IMG/VR virus record: IMGVR_UViG_3300017917_001342
Coordinates: 454,644 to 518,643 of that record
Direction: 5' to 3' (one strand)
DNA: 64,000 nucleotides
In this document: positions 27,024-38,024 of the stretch, piece after piece
Layout: every line of letters begins with the position of its first letter
How positions within the stretch are numbered: position 1 is the stretch's first letter
Program-made: the position numbers and the translations under genes
The notes under the pieces: generated by a model
Told to the model about the DNA's origin: nothing
The model's database searches: none
Seen by the model: the letters and a program-made list of their open reading frames with translations, nothing else

Positions 27024-29042
27024 TCAATTGTAATCTAATACGATTTTAAATTCTCCAGAGGTACTAGACCCTGGATTTATAAATGCTTTGACACTGGTTG
27101 TAGATAATACTGGATATGACAATGTTGTTGTGTATAGACCCACTGTTGTTGGATCAATTAATGCACCGTCCATTAATAAACCATGCACAGTGTCAGTGCC
27201 AATTTCAATGTTGCTGCTGTTGTCGTTGAATGCCTGTATGATTTCGATGTTTAATCTAGTCAAAGTTTTAGTCGGCGCTAGTATACCAACTGTAACAGGA
27301 CTAGTACTGAGATAACTGCCGGTTGCAGTAAAACTATTCACTAGTGTTGTATCACCAGATGTAGTGTTGCCAACGTTTTGACCATTCTGACTTAGCCCTA
27401 GTTGCATCCATACAGTCGGACCGGTATCAACTGCTACATATGCTTGGTTGTGACCAGCACCGTCGTTATAAACAAACGCAATAGCACCTCGTGTGGGTGT
27501 TAGTGCATTTCTAGCTGCAATATCTTGTACAAAGTATCCAAACGCAACACCAGTTGGACCTGTTGGACCTGTTAATTGGCTTAGACTTGATATTGACCAT
27601 GCGATAAGGTCAACCTGATCACCTGCAACAGACGGTGCATTTAATGTAACAGTTATACCATCATCTGCTGTGTACTCAGTTGGCGGTAATTTGAGTCCAT
27701 TTACATACACATCTATATATGGTGCTGTATATAGAGCATTGAATATAGTCTGGCCGCTTGTAGCGGTGTAGTTATATTCTTGGTATGCACCAACTGCGGC
27801 CGGACCAGTTGGACCTGTTACATCGCTGGCAGCACCAGTTGGACCTATAAAACCCTGTGGACCAGTAGGACCAGTTACTACGCTGTCTGCGCCAGTCGGG
27901 CCAATAGGACCAGTAGGACCGCCTAACGGACCAGTGGGACCTGTAGCACCTACTCCTGTTGCTCCCGTAGCACCAGTTGGTCCAGTAGGACCTGCTGCAC
28001 CACCTACGCCTAGACGTTGCCAATTTGCATTACCAAGTGTAGGGTTAATACAAATGTATGCAGTGTTTGTGCCGATGTCTATCCAAAGACTACCGTAACT
28101 GTAACCAAATGCTTCATCATCGTAGATAGTAGGCGGTACTACACTGGTAAAATTGTTTAGAGGTCCTGATAAACTGCCTTGTGATAATTTTACTGCGCTG
28201 GTATTGTTTATTTTTATAAACAATGGCATAGCAAAATTATTTGGTTTAACTGCGGTTAGTTTTCCCGGTACAGTGGTACTTAGATATAGGACATCACCTG
28301 GATTACCAGGCAGTGTAGGTAAATCATAAAGTACTTTGCCTTTTGGTTCCCAGCTAAAGTAATCATATCCAGGAATGCCTAATTGTCTTACAGTACCAAT
28401 TACATTAACAGTTGAAATGTCATCAGCAATTGCCAGCGCATAGGTGCCATCAGATTTAAGATAGATCTGATCGCCTATATCAAATCCATTGCTGGGTTGT
28501 AAAACAGTTAACAGATTCTGTTTAATGTTTCTAGCATTGAATTTGCTAATAACATCTTCTAAAAATCCCGGATAGGGTTGAAGAAAACTGTTGTATAAGG
28601 TTAGTGTATGGAATACTGGAATGCCATCTTCGTCTAACGCAAAAATAAAACCAGGCTCACCTGTTGCTGCAACACCGTCTGGAGCAGAAAACTGCTCATA
28701 TCTTCCGGTATCTTCTATTGTACAAACCAGTGTTGTGCTGTTAGTTAATAGTGGGTCTATTGCAATGATCTGGCAGCATTTACCAGTGGATGCTTCCGCA
28801 TACCACATGCCTACTTTGATATCTAATGCATTATAAACATAGAGTTGTTCGGTACTGAAACTGCTGTGGTTTTGTTGAGTTACAGCAGCAGTCATAATAA
28901 AACGATATGGTTGCGGTGCTGGCCCGCCAGCCCACCATTGATCTTCTCCGTATATAGGACCTTCGTCTACAGGCCAATACCCATCAGGTACAATACTGAT
29001 ATTGTCTACATATAACGTAATGATAGGAAGTATAGATGCCAT
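27024..29042 (-). CDS. Collagen-like (GPT repeat) virion protein
   Basis: (G-P/A-T)n tracts; GQT.F...Y....VYVNG module. Confidence 0.75.
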   Translation of the reverse strand: MASILPIITLYVDNISIVPDGYWPVDEGPIYGEDQWWAGGPAPQPYRFIMTAAVTQQNHSSFSTEQLYVYNALDIKVGMWYAEASTGKCCQIIAIDPLLTNSTTLVCTIEDTGRYEQFSAPDGVAATGEPGFIFALDEDGIPVFHTLTLYNSFLQPYPGFLEDVISKFNARNIKQNLLTVLQPSNGFDIGDQIYLKSDGTYALAIADDISTVNVIGTVRQLGIPGYDYFSWEPKGKVLYDLPTLPGNPGDVLYLSTTVPGKLTAVKPNNFAMPLFIKINNTSAVKLSQGSLSGPLNNFTSVVPPTIYDDEAFGYSYGSLWIDIGTNTAYICINPTLGNANWQRLGVGGAAGPTGPTGATGATGVGATGPTGPLGGPTGPIGPTGADSVVTGPTGPQGFIGPTGAASDVTGPTGPAAVGAYQEYNYTATSGQTIFNALYTAPYIDVYVNGLKLPPTEYTADDGITVTLNAPSVAGDQVDLIAWSISSLSQLTGPTGPTGVAFGYFVQDIAARNALTPTRGAIAFVYNDGAGHNQAYVAVDTGPTVWMQLGLSQNGQNVGNTTSGDTTLVNSFTATGSYLSTSPVTVGILAPTKTLTRLNIEIIQAFNDNSSNIEIGTDTVHGLLMDGALIDPTTVGLYTTTLSYPVLSTTSVKAFINPGSSTSGEFKIVLDYN

Positions 29043-29055
29043 CAGTTAAATCCTA

Positions 29056-30120
29056 TCATGCTGTGAATATCAGCGTCACCCAGAGATATCCATTGCCGGA
29101 TGCAGGTACACCTGTATTACCAGGTGACAATGCATATAAACTTGTACTGTTAACAGTAGTACTCAGCGCAGAATAGCTACCAGTTGTAGCACCAGATGGT
29201 ATTGTTTGTCTAAATGCTCCGGCTGGTAATACACCCGGCCCGCCTTGACAAGATATCATAACAGGATAGAGATTTCTGTTGTGATTTACAGTGATCTGTG
29301 TATCGCCCAGTCTTGTGATTTGACCTAATGTGATATTTGTTAAATTGTCAACATAGTCAGATGGCAATATTACACCGTCTGCAAACAGCAATCTGAAATT
29401 GATAAGCGATGTTGCAGCAGGGCCTGTTGCACCAGTTGGTCCTACAACACTAGAACCAGTTGCACCAGTTGGACCTGTAATTGTGCTAGCTGCACCAGTT
29501 GGGCCTTGATCTCCCTGTGGTCCTGTAGCACCTTGATCACCTTGACTACCAGTAGGACCAGTTGGACCGCCTAAAGGACCAGTAGGACCAGTTACAGTAC
29601 TATCTGCACCTTGAGGACCAGTTACGCCAGTAGGACCAGTTGGACCTAACGGACCAGGTGGGCCCATTGCACCACCGCCGCTACCACCGGATGGTAATGG
29701 ATTGCTAGGAGCAATTGCGCCATAATTTAAAAGTATTTGAAGAACTTCGCCTACTAGATAGGAATTACTTGGTGGTGGCACCAAATAGGTTCTGTCAATT
29801 TTTGCACGAACCCAAACATAGTTGCCAGAGAAACTATATGCATAGTTACCTGTATCACCAGTTTGTCCTGTGGGATATGCAGGGTCTAGTGGATATTGTA
29901 CATATGGTGCAGTTGTACCAATTGGTATATCAAACCAGTCGAGTTCACCCGGGTCTCTAGCTAGACTGCCCTGAATGTATATACGACCAGTAAAATTGCT
30001 AAGCGATATACTAACGGTATGATTGTTACCGATAGTGTTATTGTAGCCAGCGCCTTTTTGTTTCTGGCCTGTTACATTGATTTGTTCGTTGGTAGTTGAT
30101 AAAAGAATTACACTGATCAT
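29056..30120 (-). CDS. Collagen-like (GPT repeat) virion protein
   Basis: (GPT)n tract; F.G...IQGSL...P...DWF and F.GN.VWVRA N-terminal domain; late promoter. Confidence 0.75.
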   Translation of the reverse strand: MISVILLSTTNEQINVTGQKQKGAGYNNTIGNNHTVSISLSNFTGRIYIQGSLARDPGELDWFDIPIGTTAPYVQYPLDPAYPTGQTGDTGNYAYSFSGNYVWVRAKIDRTYLVPPPSNSYLVGEVLQILLNYGAIAPSNPLPSGGSGGGAMGPPGPLGPTGPTGVTGPQGADSTVTGPTGPLGGPTGPTGSQGDQGATGPQGDQGPTGAASTITGPTGATGSSVVGPTGATGPAATSLINFRLLFADGVILPSDYVDNLTNITLGQITRLGDTQITVNHNRNLYPVMISCQGGPGVLPAGAFRQTIPSGATTGSYSALSTTVNSTSLYALSPGNTGVPASGNGYLWVTLIFTA

Positions 30121-30158
30121 GATGCCGCCTAATACTTGAATTATTTAGCGGCAGCGCA

Positions 30159-30350
30159 TTACTCTAATTCTGCAAGTTCCACTATAACCGAAGAGTCGTT
30201 CAATACTTCGTCTACAAGAGCTGGAACCGTGGCAAGCAACAGTGCTTTTTGCTCATCGCTTAAGACACTGTTGTTACCACTGTGATCTTTTACTAATTTA
30301 CTGAGTTTTAAAACTACAATTTCTTCAACAAGTTTGGCCATTTTAAACAC
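30159..30350 (-). CDS. Hypothetical protein
   Basis: ATAAATA upstream (30372-30378) and AAGG RBS. Confidence 0.6.
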   Translation of the reverse strand: MFKMAKLVEEIVVLKLSKLVKDHSGNNSVLSDEQKALLLATVPALVDEVLNDSSVIVELAELE

Positions 30351-30393
30351 CTTATGTTAGGCAATACTTGATATTTATTAAATTAGTAGTTAA

Positions 30394-30726
30394 TTATACA
30401 CGAGGTTTTGGTTTTCTACCACGTTTGCGGCCAGTTGATCTGTTACTGCCATCTGCATTTATGTTGTAGACTTCTGCGTATCTGTCTAAACTCATGCCTT
30501 CTATACTGGTAATTAGATCCATTGATATTTTTATTGCTGCTGAGGTATACGGGTCCCTCAGCAGCAAAATGTATCCATCTACAGCACCGTCGATTTTATC
30601 TATTACCATATCTCGATAATGATGAGTGACTGTTCCATATTTAGAATGCTGTGGTATTTTTGCTGTAACCACAGTGTCTTCAACTAATACTCCTGATAGA
30701 ATCAATCGTTCTATAACTGCTGTCAT
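30394..30726 (-). CDS. Hypothetical protein with AT-hook-like C-terminus
   Basis: ATGA-coupled to clpA; ends GRKRGRKPKPRV. Confidence 0.7.
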   Translation of the reverse strand: MTAVIERLILSGVLVEDTVVTAKIPQHSKYGTVTHHYRDMVIDKIDGAVDGYILLLRDPYTSAAIKISMDLITSIEGMSLDRYAEVYNINADGSNRSTGRKRGRKPKPRV

Positions 30727-33017
30727 TCATTGACCTCAGTAATACTGGTAGAATCTAACAATAGCAATTCTGTTTCATTAGTGAATTCCGGATTGCTAAG
30801 ATAGTCAAAAACCAACTGCGAATCCTTTACAGTGATCATCACTGCACCACCGTTTTTCAATTTACCAAACAGTATTTCTTTACTGATAGGCTTTTTAACA
30901 TTTTCTGCAATGACTCTCGACAGCGGTCTAGCACCCATCTTTTTGTCAAAGCCCTTGTCAATAAGCCACTGTTTAGCAGCAGGATCACAAATTATGTTAA
31001 CATTCTTTTTAGCAGACAGTTCATTCATTTGATTGATAAACTTGTCAACAATGTGTTCCATATTTTCTTTAGCAAGGCTACCAAACCGTACTATTGCATC
31101 AAGACGGTTACGGAATTCGGGAGTAAAGTATCTATTGATTGCTTGAGTATCTTCGTCTCTCAACGCATTCTCACTACCAAACCCGATACGGTCTTTTTCC
31201 ATATCTGCTGCACCTAGGTTACTGGTAAAGATAACAATTGCATTTCTTGCACTTGCACTCTTACCTTGACTACCTGTCACAGTACCGCTATCCATCATAG
31301 CAAGGAACACGTTATAAACATCGGGGTGTGCTTTTTCGATTTCATCAAACAGCAACACACAATGCGGATGTGTTTCTAATTCATTGATAAGAAGACCGCC
31401 ACCTGCTCCACCGTCGCTGTATCCTACATAACCCGGAGGGCTACCTAGGAATTTACTGACAGTGTGTCGTTCTTGGAATTCGCTCATATCAAATTTAGTA
31501 AAGTGAATTCCCAGACTCTTTGCCAATTGTTTAGCAACTTCTGTTTTACCTACACCACTTGGCCCACTAAACAGGAAACTACCTATAGTTTTGTCATTTT
31601 CACGTAGACCGCTACGGCTCATGTAGATTGCATCAGTTACACGATTAATTGCTTCGTCTTGTCCGAAGATCACTGTTTTAAGATCAGACTCTAAACGTTC
31701 TAGACGATCTGCTTCTTTACTCTTAACTGAAGTCACTGGCACTTTGGCAACACGGCTTACTTCTGCTTCGATTTCAGTTTTAGTAATAGTTTTAATACGT
31801 AGTTCTTCTGGGCGTATTTTTTGCCATGCTGCTGCACTGTCAATTACATCAATTGCTTTGTCTGGCAAAAATTTATCATGCATATGACGGCTAGTAAGTT
31901 CAACTGCTGCATCCAGTGCCGCGGTTTCATATTGCACGCCATGGAATTCTTCGTAGTATTTGGCAATACCTCTGAGAATACGCTTGCTGTCCTCGATGCT
32001 GGGTTCAAAAATATCAAGTTTTTGGAAACGTCGTACCATTGCACGGTCTTTTTCAAAATGCTTGCGATATTCTTCAGCAGTTGTACTACCTATGCAGCGA
32101 ATGTCGCCTCGACTCAGAGCCGGTTTAAGCATGTTGGCAGCATCCATACTGCCTGAACCACCGCCACTGCTACCTGCACCCATGATCATATGTATTTCAT
32201 CAATGAACATAATGTGTTCAGGTAGTGCTGTAAACGCAGCAATGATATGCTTCATGCGTTCTTCAAAGTCACCGCGGAATTTTGTACCTGCTACTAGGCT
32301 TGCAATATCTAGATTCCAAATTGTGCAGTTAGCAAGACTTTCTGGTACATCGCCTTCAACAATGCGTTTTGCAAGACCTTCGACAATAACAGTTTTACCA
32401 ACACCAGGGTCACCTGTCATAATGACATTGTGTTTGTTGCGTCTTGCAAGTATTTGACAGATTTGTTCAACTTCGCGTTCACGTCCGATCAATGGGTCAA
32501 TACGACCCGCTTCGGCTTTTGAATTAAGATTGATACAATATGTCTGCAATATTTCTATAGCAGAATTTTCATCCATTGTTGATTGTTCTTCTGCTGCAAC
32601 CTGATTTATCTGTGCAACTATTTTGTCTTTTGATGCAGAGTGCTGTTGAATGATCCAACTTGCAGGACTATCTTGAATGCCATACAGTGCAAGGTAGATG
32701 TCTTCTGGACCAATTTCTTTTCTGCCACTAAACATGCTGTGTGTTTTGGCTTTTTTAATAACCTGTGCAAGCAATGTAGTGTGTCTTGGTTGATATGAAC
32801 CCTGTTTAACAATTACATGATTGCGATCATCGTTTAACCAATCGCTAGTATCTTTGATCATTGCATCAAGATCGCCGCCTGTGCGTTTGATTAGTTTTTG
32901 AATAATACCATTTTCAAGCAGTCCAGCCAATAGATGTTCAAGAGTCACTAATTCGTGATTCATGCTTGCAGCCAATTGGTATGCACGTTGAATAGTCTGT
33001 TCGAAGCTGTTTTCCAT
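30723..33017 (-). CDS. clpA: ATP-dependent Clp protease ATP-binding subunit ClpA
   Basis: Two AAA modules (GDPGVGKT/FIDEIH; GPSGVGKT/LFDEIEK), PPGYVG, IGF ClpP-docking loop, PEFRNRLD, MGARPL; no ClpB middle domain. Confidence 0.92.
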   Translation of the reverse strand: MENSFEQTIQRAYQLAASMNHELVTLEHLLAGLLENGIIQKLIKRTGGDLDAMIKDTSDWLNDDRNHVIVKQGSYQPRHTTLLAQVIKKAKTHSMFSGRKEIGPEDIYLALYGIQDSPASWIIQQHSASKDKIVAQINQVAAEEQSTMDENSAIEILQTYCINLNSKAEAGRIDPLIGREREVEQICQILARRNKHNVIMTGDPGVGKTVIVEGLAKRIVEGDVPESLANCTIWNLDIASLVAGTKFRGDFEERMKHIIAAFTALPEHIMFIDEIHMIMGAGSSGGGSGSMDAANMLKPALSRGDIRCIGSTTAEEYRKHFEKDRAMVRRFQKLDIFEPSIEDSKRILRGIAKYYEEFHGVQYETAALDAAVELTSRHMHDKFLPDKAIDVIDSAAAWQKIRPEELRIKTITKTEIEAEVSRVAKVPVTSVKSKEADRLERLESDLKTVIFGQDEAINRVTDAIYMSRSGLRENDKTIGSFLFSGPSGVGKTEVAKQLAKSLGIHFTKFDMSEFQERHTVSKFLGSPPGYVGYSDGGAGGGLLINELETHPHCVLLFDEIEKAHPDVYNVFLAMMDSGTVTGSQGKSASARNAIVIFTSNLGAADMEKDRIGFGSENALRDEDTQAINRYFTPEFRNRLDAIVRFGSLAKENMEHIVDKFINQMNELSAKKNVNIICDPAAKQWLIDKGFDKKMGARPLSRVIAENVKKPISKEILFGKLKNGGAVMITVKDSQLVFDYLSNPEFTNETELLLLDSTSITEVNE

Positions 33018-33532
33018 TAGCGTCCCTTTGTCAAAATAGCTTTAAGCCTAGCGTTCTTAGCGGCTTTTTTCTTTGCTAGCATAAGCTTAACTGGTCCTAC
33101 ACGATCGTCAATCAGTATTCCTTGCAAATGGTCAAATTCGTGCAAGAATATTCTTGCCCACCATTCATCAAAGTCAGTTACCTGTTGATTACCGTGTTCA
33201 TCTCGATACATGGCTTTGATACGTTTGCTACGTGGTATATCTAACACAAGCCCTGGTATGCTCAAACAGCCTTCTGGTTGTACAGACATTTCGTCGCTGG
33301 CTTCTATTACCACAGGATTAATAAAAACGTAGTCTTGTCCTTCGAGACTGATTACAAACAAACTGAGATCACTACCAACCTGCGGTGCAGCTAAACCAAC
33401 TCCGCCATGTTTTTTAAGTGTATCAAACATGTCGCGAATCAGTGTTTGATGATTGACAATATCTTCCGGTTCAATGACAGTGGTCTTTTGCCTAAGTATG
33501 GCATTTGGTTTTTTAACGATATCTAATATCAT
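33017..33532 (-). CDS. def: Peptide deformylase
   Basis: GVGLAAPQVG, EGCLSIP, HEFDHLQG. Confidence 0.96.
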   Translation of the reverse strand: MILDIVKKPNAILRQKTTVIEPEDIVNHQTLIRDMFDTLKKHGGVGLAAPQVGSDLSLFVISLEGQDYVFINPVVIEASDEMSVQPEGCLSIPGLVLDIPRSKRIKAMYRDEHGNQQVTDFDEWWARIFLHEFDHLQGILIDDRVGPVKLMLAKKKAAKNARLKAILTKGR

Positions 33533-34401
33533 AAAGTTGGTTCGCCTCTTTGTTGTGCTATTGTTTTGATTTGCTCAAACTGTTCAACATTTAAATCTTT
33601 TGGTATACTGATGTTAACAGTGATAAACAAATCACCGCGTTGTCTTGCATTGTTGTGTACAGGCATACCGTTTCCGGCTACTCGTAAAATTGCACCAGTC
33701 TGTGTGCCTGCCGGAATGTTAATAGACAGATGTGTACCATCTATAGCTGTTAGCTCACGCTTTGTTCCAACTATTGCAGATAGTGCATCTAACTTCAATG
33801 CCATGTGCAGATGCGGTCCATCTCTCCTAAAAACAGGATGATCGTTGATACTCACTGTTACAAACAAATCACCTGGTGGTAAATTGTTGATAGACTTGTC
33901 ACCGTAACCTTGATAGCGCAATCGTGTACCATGTTGCACACCTGCTGGTATGTTGACAACTATGTTTCTAGATTGGCCATTTACTTCAAAGTTTATCGGT
34001 AAACTTTTACCTGCAAATGCTTCTTCTAATGTGATATTCAGAGTAAATTGATAGTCTTTGTTTTTTACAGGATGTTGTTGTCTAAATGCCTGTCCAAAGA
34101 ACTGATTGATCATGTCGTCAAATGGGTTACCATGACCAAAATCAAATGTAAACCCACCTGGTCCAAACGGCGATCCGCCATTCATATTACCAAACTTGCG
34201 CTGTTGGTCATATTGAGCACGTTTTTGCGGGTCGCTTAATATATCATTGGCTTCGTTTATTTGTTTAAACTTAGCTTCAGCATCGGGATTATCTTTGTTG
34301 AGATCCGGATGCCATTTTTTTGCGAGATTGCGATACGCAGTTTTTATTTCATCCTGCGACGCAGAGTCTGATAATCCTAAAGTACTATAATGGTCTGTCA
34401 T
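33529..34401 (-). CDS. Class B J-domain protein (DnaJ/CbpA-like, no Zn finger)
   Basis: J domain with HPD, G/F region, DnaJ C-terminal domain. Confidence 0.93.
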   Translation of the reverse strand: MTDHYSTLGLSDSASQDEIKTAYRNLAKKWHPDLNKDNPDAEAKFKQINEANDILSDPQKRAQYDQQRKFGNMNGGSPFGPGGFTFDFGHGNPFDDMINQFFGQAFRQQHPVKNKDYQFTLNITLEEAFAGKSLPINFEVNGQSRNIVVNIPAGVQHGTRLRYQGYGDKSINNLPPGDLFVTVSINDHPVFRRDGPHLHMALKLDALSAIVGTKRELTAIDGTHLSINIPAGTQTGAILRVAGNGMPVHNNARQRGDLFITVNISIPKDLNVEQFEQIKTIAQQRGEPTL

Positions 34402-34407
34402 ATCATA

Positions 34408-34435
34408 AGTTTATAAATTTTCTAACGTTTGTCAA
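34408..34435 (-). promoter_or_regulatory. Putative sigma70-type promoter for the J-protein/def/clpA operon
   Basis: TTGACA-N16-TAAACT, 6 nt before the ATG. Confidence 0.5.
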
Positions 34436-34484
34436 GGTATTAGATTTCTATAAATATTGCGACTTGCGAAAAAAGGTGCATAAA

Positions 34485-35198
34485 GTGGCAGAATCGAGAA
34501 AAATACCAACATTTTCAAGAGCAGTACCTATTCTGGATGCATTGTTAAAGTATCTAACTAGAACTTCTCCATTGATGTTAGCAGTGCATTTAATTTATAT
34601 CAGCACTGCTAGTATATTCATAAGCATGGCATATGTTGTTAGTTTCCATTGGGAAAGTCTAGTACGACTATACGAAGAAGCACACGATATACAATCATTT
34701 TCTGCCAATTTGAAAACATCTGTAGAAAACGACAACAAAATCTACGGACACCTCAATACTATTATCAGCAATTCTGGAGGTATGCGTGCTTATGTATATC
34801 GCTATCACAACGGACTAGCTGCAATTTCAGGTGTGCCTTTTTTCTTTCAAACTATGACACACGAAGTAATCGCCAATGGTGCAACTCGTATTATACAATT
34901 TGAACAGCGTATACCAGCAAGCATACATATGGCAATTAACAATGATTTTGTAGAAGATAAATGTGCTATTATCGAAAATGCAGATAAAGATCCAAGCAGC
35001 CAAAACTATTACTTCTATCAAAGCAAGAACGCTAAGTCATTGATACGTTGTCCAATTTATATGGAAAATGGTGATTTGTTTGGATTTGTTGGAGTTGACT
35101 TTGCAGATCATATTCCTTCTGATACTAAGAAAACTGTAGATGAAATCAAAAACACTGCTAAAGATATAGGTAGATTATTCGCTACTACTGCCAAGTGA
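34485..35198 (+). CDS. Putative T4 gpT-like holin (single TM plus GAF-like periplasmic domain)
   Basis: GTG at 34485 after TATAAATA (34449-34456); one TM, then YRYHNG...THE...CPIY...LFGFVGVDF. Confidence 0.55.
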   Translation: MAESRKIPTFSRAVPILDALLKYLTRTSPLMLAVHLIYISTASIFISMAYVVSFHWESLVRLYEEAHDIQSFSANLKTSVENDNKIYGHLNTIISNSGGMRAYVYRYHNGLAAISGVPFFFQTMTHEVIANGATRIIQFEQRIPASIHMAINNDFVEDKCAIIENADKDPSSQNYYFYQSKNAKSLIRCPIYMENGDLFGFVGVDFADHIPSDTKKTVDEIKNTAKDIGRLFATTAK

Positions 35199-35256
35199 TT
35201 TTTTTAGGTAATCCGCCGTTTATGCCATTAAATATGTACATAACGGATGGATTAAC

Positions 35257-35979
35257 ATGCAGATTCTTATACCAATGAGCGGAGCCGGCAAGAGATTTGC
35301 CGATATGGGTTATCAAAAACCAAAACCTTTAATAGAGTTTTTTGGTAAACCTATGATAGAACATGTGTTGGAAAATCTAGGTGCAGACAACGATTACATT
35401 CTCTGTGTGCAAAAAGCACACTATGATGCAGACCCAACTCTGTTCGAAAGATTAAAAACCAAAGTTAAAAGTTTATCTATAGTTCTAGTAAACGGTGTAA
35501 CACAGGGTGCAGCAGAAACCTGTCTGCTTGCAAAACAGCTATTGGATCTAGATAAACCGTTGTTCATTGCCAACTGTGATCAAATGATGGTATGGGATCA
35601 AACACATTTTGAAAATTGGTTTGCAGCAGAGAACCTGGATGGTGTTATGTTTGTGTTTGACAGCGACAGTACAAAAAACAGTTATGTAGAATTAGATAGC
35701 AACGGTATTGCTGTTAGAACTGCTGAGAAACAGGTTATCAGTCCCTATGCTACCAACGGCATCTATGTATGGAAACGTGCAGGCGACTTTGTCTGGGCAG
35801 CCGAAAAGATGATTGCAGATGATATACGTGTAAACAACGAATTCTATGTGTGTCCTGTATACAATGAAAACATTGCAAGAGGTGATCGTATAGGCATCTA
35901 CTATCCAACTGAGCATTGGCCTATTGGAACACCAGAAGACCTGGACATCTACATAAAGGCACACTATGAAACTGTTTGA
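35257..35979 (+). CDS. Sugar-phosphate nucleotidyltransferase (GT-A/NTP-transferase fold)
   Basis: IPMSGAGKRF...PKPLI, T.GAAET, ANCDQ, AEK, EFYV, GTPEDL. Confidence 0.85.
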   Translation: MQILIPMSGAGKRFADMGYQKPKPLIEFFGKPMIEHVLENLGADNDYILCVQKAHYDADPTLFERLKTKVKSLSIVLVNGVTQGAAETCLLAKQLLDLDKPLFIANCDQMMVWDQTHFENWFAAENLDGVMFVFDSDSTKNSYVELDSNGIAVRTAEKQVISPYATNGIYVWKRAGDFVWAAEKMIADDIRVNNEFYVCPVYNENIARGDRIGIYYPTEHWPIGTPEDLDIYIKAHYETV

Positions 35980-36298
35980 TCCTGACGAATTTAAAGGCGG
36001 ATGGTTTATAGGAGATTTTGAACCTAGTATTTGGCGTACAACTGGTTTTGAAATAGGTTATAAACATCATATTGCAGGCGAAGCATGGCCTGCACACTAC
36101 CATGAACACATGGACGAAGTTACTTTTCTTCTAGAAGGTACAATGCAAATTTGCAATCAGACCATAACTGGTCCTATTATATTTTTAATAGGCCGTAATG
36201 AAATCGCTGACCCCGAATTTATAACAGACTGCAAGGTATTCATAATAAAAACTCCGTCTGTACCCGGAGATAAAGTTTTAATTGGAGATAAAACATGA
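35966..36298 (+). CDS. Cupin-fold protein
   Basis: GGWFIGDF, HYH...E...LLEG. Confidence 0.75.
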   Translation: MKLFDPDEFKGGWFIGDFEPSIWRTTGFEIGYKHHIAGEAWPAHYHEHMDEVTFLLEGTMQICNQTITGPIIFLIGRNEIADPEFITDCKVFIIKTPSVPGDKVLIGDKT

Positions 36299-37518
36299 GC
36301 GCAATTGACATTGTGAGAGACGAAAAAAATCTTGCAAAATATTTTTATGTAACATACGACGTTGAAAGTACAAAAAGCGTATACGATGCTGCCTGGAATA
36401 TTGCAGTCGGACAAAGTATAGGTAATCCAAATACTCGCAGTATTTGGGAAACTGACGATATGATCGAAGCATACAGTGCTAAGATTTTACGCAATAGTAA
36501 TTTTGAAAAGAAAAAAGGCAAAGTTGTAATTGCATACCCCAATGCTAATATTGACTGGGACACCGATGGTATTGCACAGCTATTGTGTATAGTACAAGGT
36601 GGTCAGGTTGATATTGACAGCATTAAAAAATGCAGAGTGTTGGATATAGAAATACATCCTCAAATAATAGACAGCCACTTTAAAAAGCCTGCGCATGGTA
36701 TAACAGGTATGCGCGAGTTCACTAACACCTATGGTAAACCAATGTTCGGCGGTATCGTAAAACCAAAAACAGGTATTACTCCTCAGGTACTGTTGGACAT
36801 GACCAAAGAACTTGTAGAGGGTGGTGTTAACTTTATCAAAGAAGATGAAATTCTCAGCAACCCTGCTGTATGTAGATTGCAAGATCGAGTAGAACTTATC
36901 AGCAATTACATACAAGGTAAGAACGTAGTATACTGTTTCTGTATCAACAGTGATCCTGCATACGTAGTAGACCGCGCACGCTTTGTTGCACAGAATGGCG
37001 GTAATGGTGTGCATGTTAATATTTGGAGCGGATTAGGCAGCTATCGCAGTATACGCAACGCAGACCTCGGTCTGTTTATACACTATCAAAAGAGCGGCGA
37101 CAAAGTAATTACAGGTAAACAAAATCCCTTTGGTATTGAGTGGACAGTGCTTTGTAAACTGGCTGCAATGTGTGGTGTAGACACTATTCATGCAGGTATG
37201 TGGGGCGGATATCTCAGCGACGACGAAGAGGAACTGCGTAAAACACTTGCTGTACTGCATGATAGAAACGTATTACCTGCACTAAGCTGTGGTATGCATC
37301 CTGGTATTGTTAACGCAACATCTGAGAAATTTGGTGTAGATTTCCTTGCTAACGTTGGCGGTGCTATTCACGGACACCCAGGTGGTACACTTGCTGGCGC
37401 TAAGGCTATGCGTCAAGCAATAGATAAGACTCCGGGTCCAGAATTCAAAACTGCAATTGACAAATGGGGTTATGAAACCAACGGTGGTTCAATGCCGGAA
37501 TGGGTATTGGAATTCTGA
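36295..37518 (+). CDS. RuBisCO-like protein (form IV RLP)
   Basis: GGIVKPKTG, FIKEDE, DTIHAG, PALSCGMHPG, VGGAIHGHPGG...GA.AMRQA; several carboxylase residues substituted. Confidence 0.9.
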   Translation: MSAIDIVRDEKNLAKYFYVTYDVESTKSVYDAAWNIAVGQSIGNPNTRSIWETDDMIEAYSAKILRNSNFEKKKGKVVIAYPNANIDWDTDGIAQLLCIVQGGQVDIDSIKKCRVLDIEIHPQIIDSHFKKPAHGITGMREFTNTYGKPMFGGIVKPKTGITPQVLLDMTKELVEGGVNFIKEDEILSNPAVCRLQDRVELISNYIQGKNVVYCFCINSDPAYVVDRARFVAQNGGNGVHVNIWSGLGSYRSIRNADLGLFIHYQKSGDKVITGKQNPFGIEWTVLCKLAAMCGVDTIHAGMWGGYLSDDEEELRKTLAVLHDRNVLPALSCGMHPGIVNATSEKFGVDFLANVGGAIHGHPGGTLAGAKAMRQAIDKTPGPEFKTAIDKWGYETNGGSMPEWVLEF

Positions 37519-37535
37519 TAGAAAGGTATAGGATT

Positions 37536-38024
37536 TTGCCATCTGTAATAATTGCACATAGAGGGTTGTTGGAGGGACCAGATGTAAATCTGCAGAATCG
37601 TCCAGATCAGGTGAAGAAAGCAATTGGCTTAGGCTTTCAAGTTGAAGTTGATGTGTGGTATATAGATGGCAAATGGTTTTTAGGACACGACGGACCTGAG
37701 CATAGTATAGATTGGCAGTTTCTAGCTGATCACAGCAATGACCTTTGGATACACTGTAAAAATCTAAATGCGTTCTTTGAGCTAAAAACTGATAGATCAC
37801 ATCAGTTAAATTACTTTTATCACGACAGTGACGCAGTTGTGTTAACAGCTAAAAACCACGTTTGGACATATTTTGGTAAACGCGAAACCATGCATCGCAG
37901 CAGTGTATGTGTAATGCCGGAAGTTAGTTATGAGTGGGAAGAAATAGTACAAATGGCAACAAACAATCAATGGTTTGCCATTTGTACGGATTACCCAAGA
38001 AAGCTCAAGGAATGTCTCGCGTAG
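37536..38024 (+). CDS. Small PLC-like/GDPD-like phosphodiesterase
   Basis: IIAHRG, N, VEVDV, LGHD, WIHCK, ICTD; likely TTG start at 37536. Confidence 0.75.
   Translation: MPSVIIAHRGLLEGPDVNLQNRPDQVKKAIGLGFQVEVDVWYIDGKWFLGHDGPEHSIDWQFLADHSNDLWIHCKNLNAFFELKTDRSHQLNYFYHDSDAVVLTAKNHVWTYFGKRETMHRSSVCVMPEVSYEWEEIVQMATNNQWFAICTDYPRKLKECLA

Noticed and set aside
34320-34484. N-terminal extension of the holin-like ORF
   Set aside because: It overlaps the divergent J-protein gene and both promoters. The GTG at 34485 after TATAAATA is the more plausible start.
36295-37518. Bona fide CO2-fixing RuBisCO as an auxiliary metabolic gene
   Set aside because: Equivalents of E60, N123, H294 and K334 appear substituted, and no small subunit or PRK is nearby.
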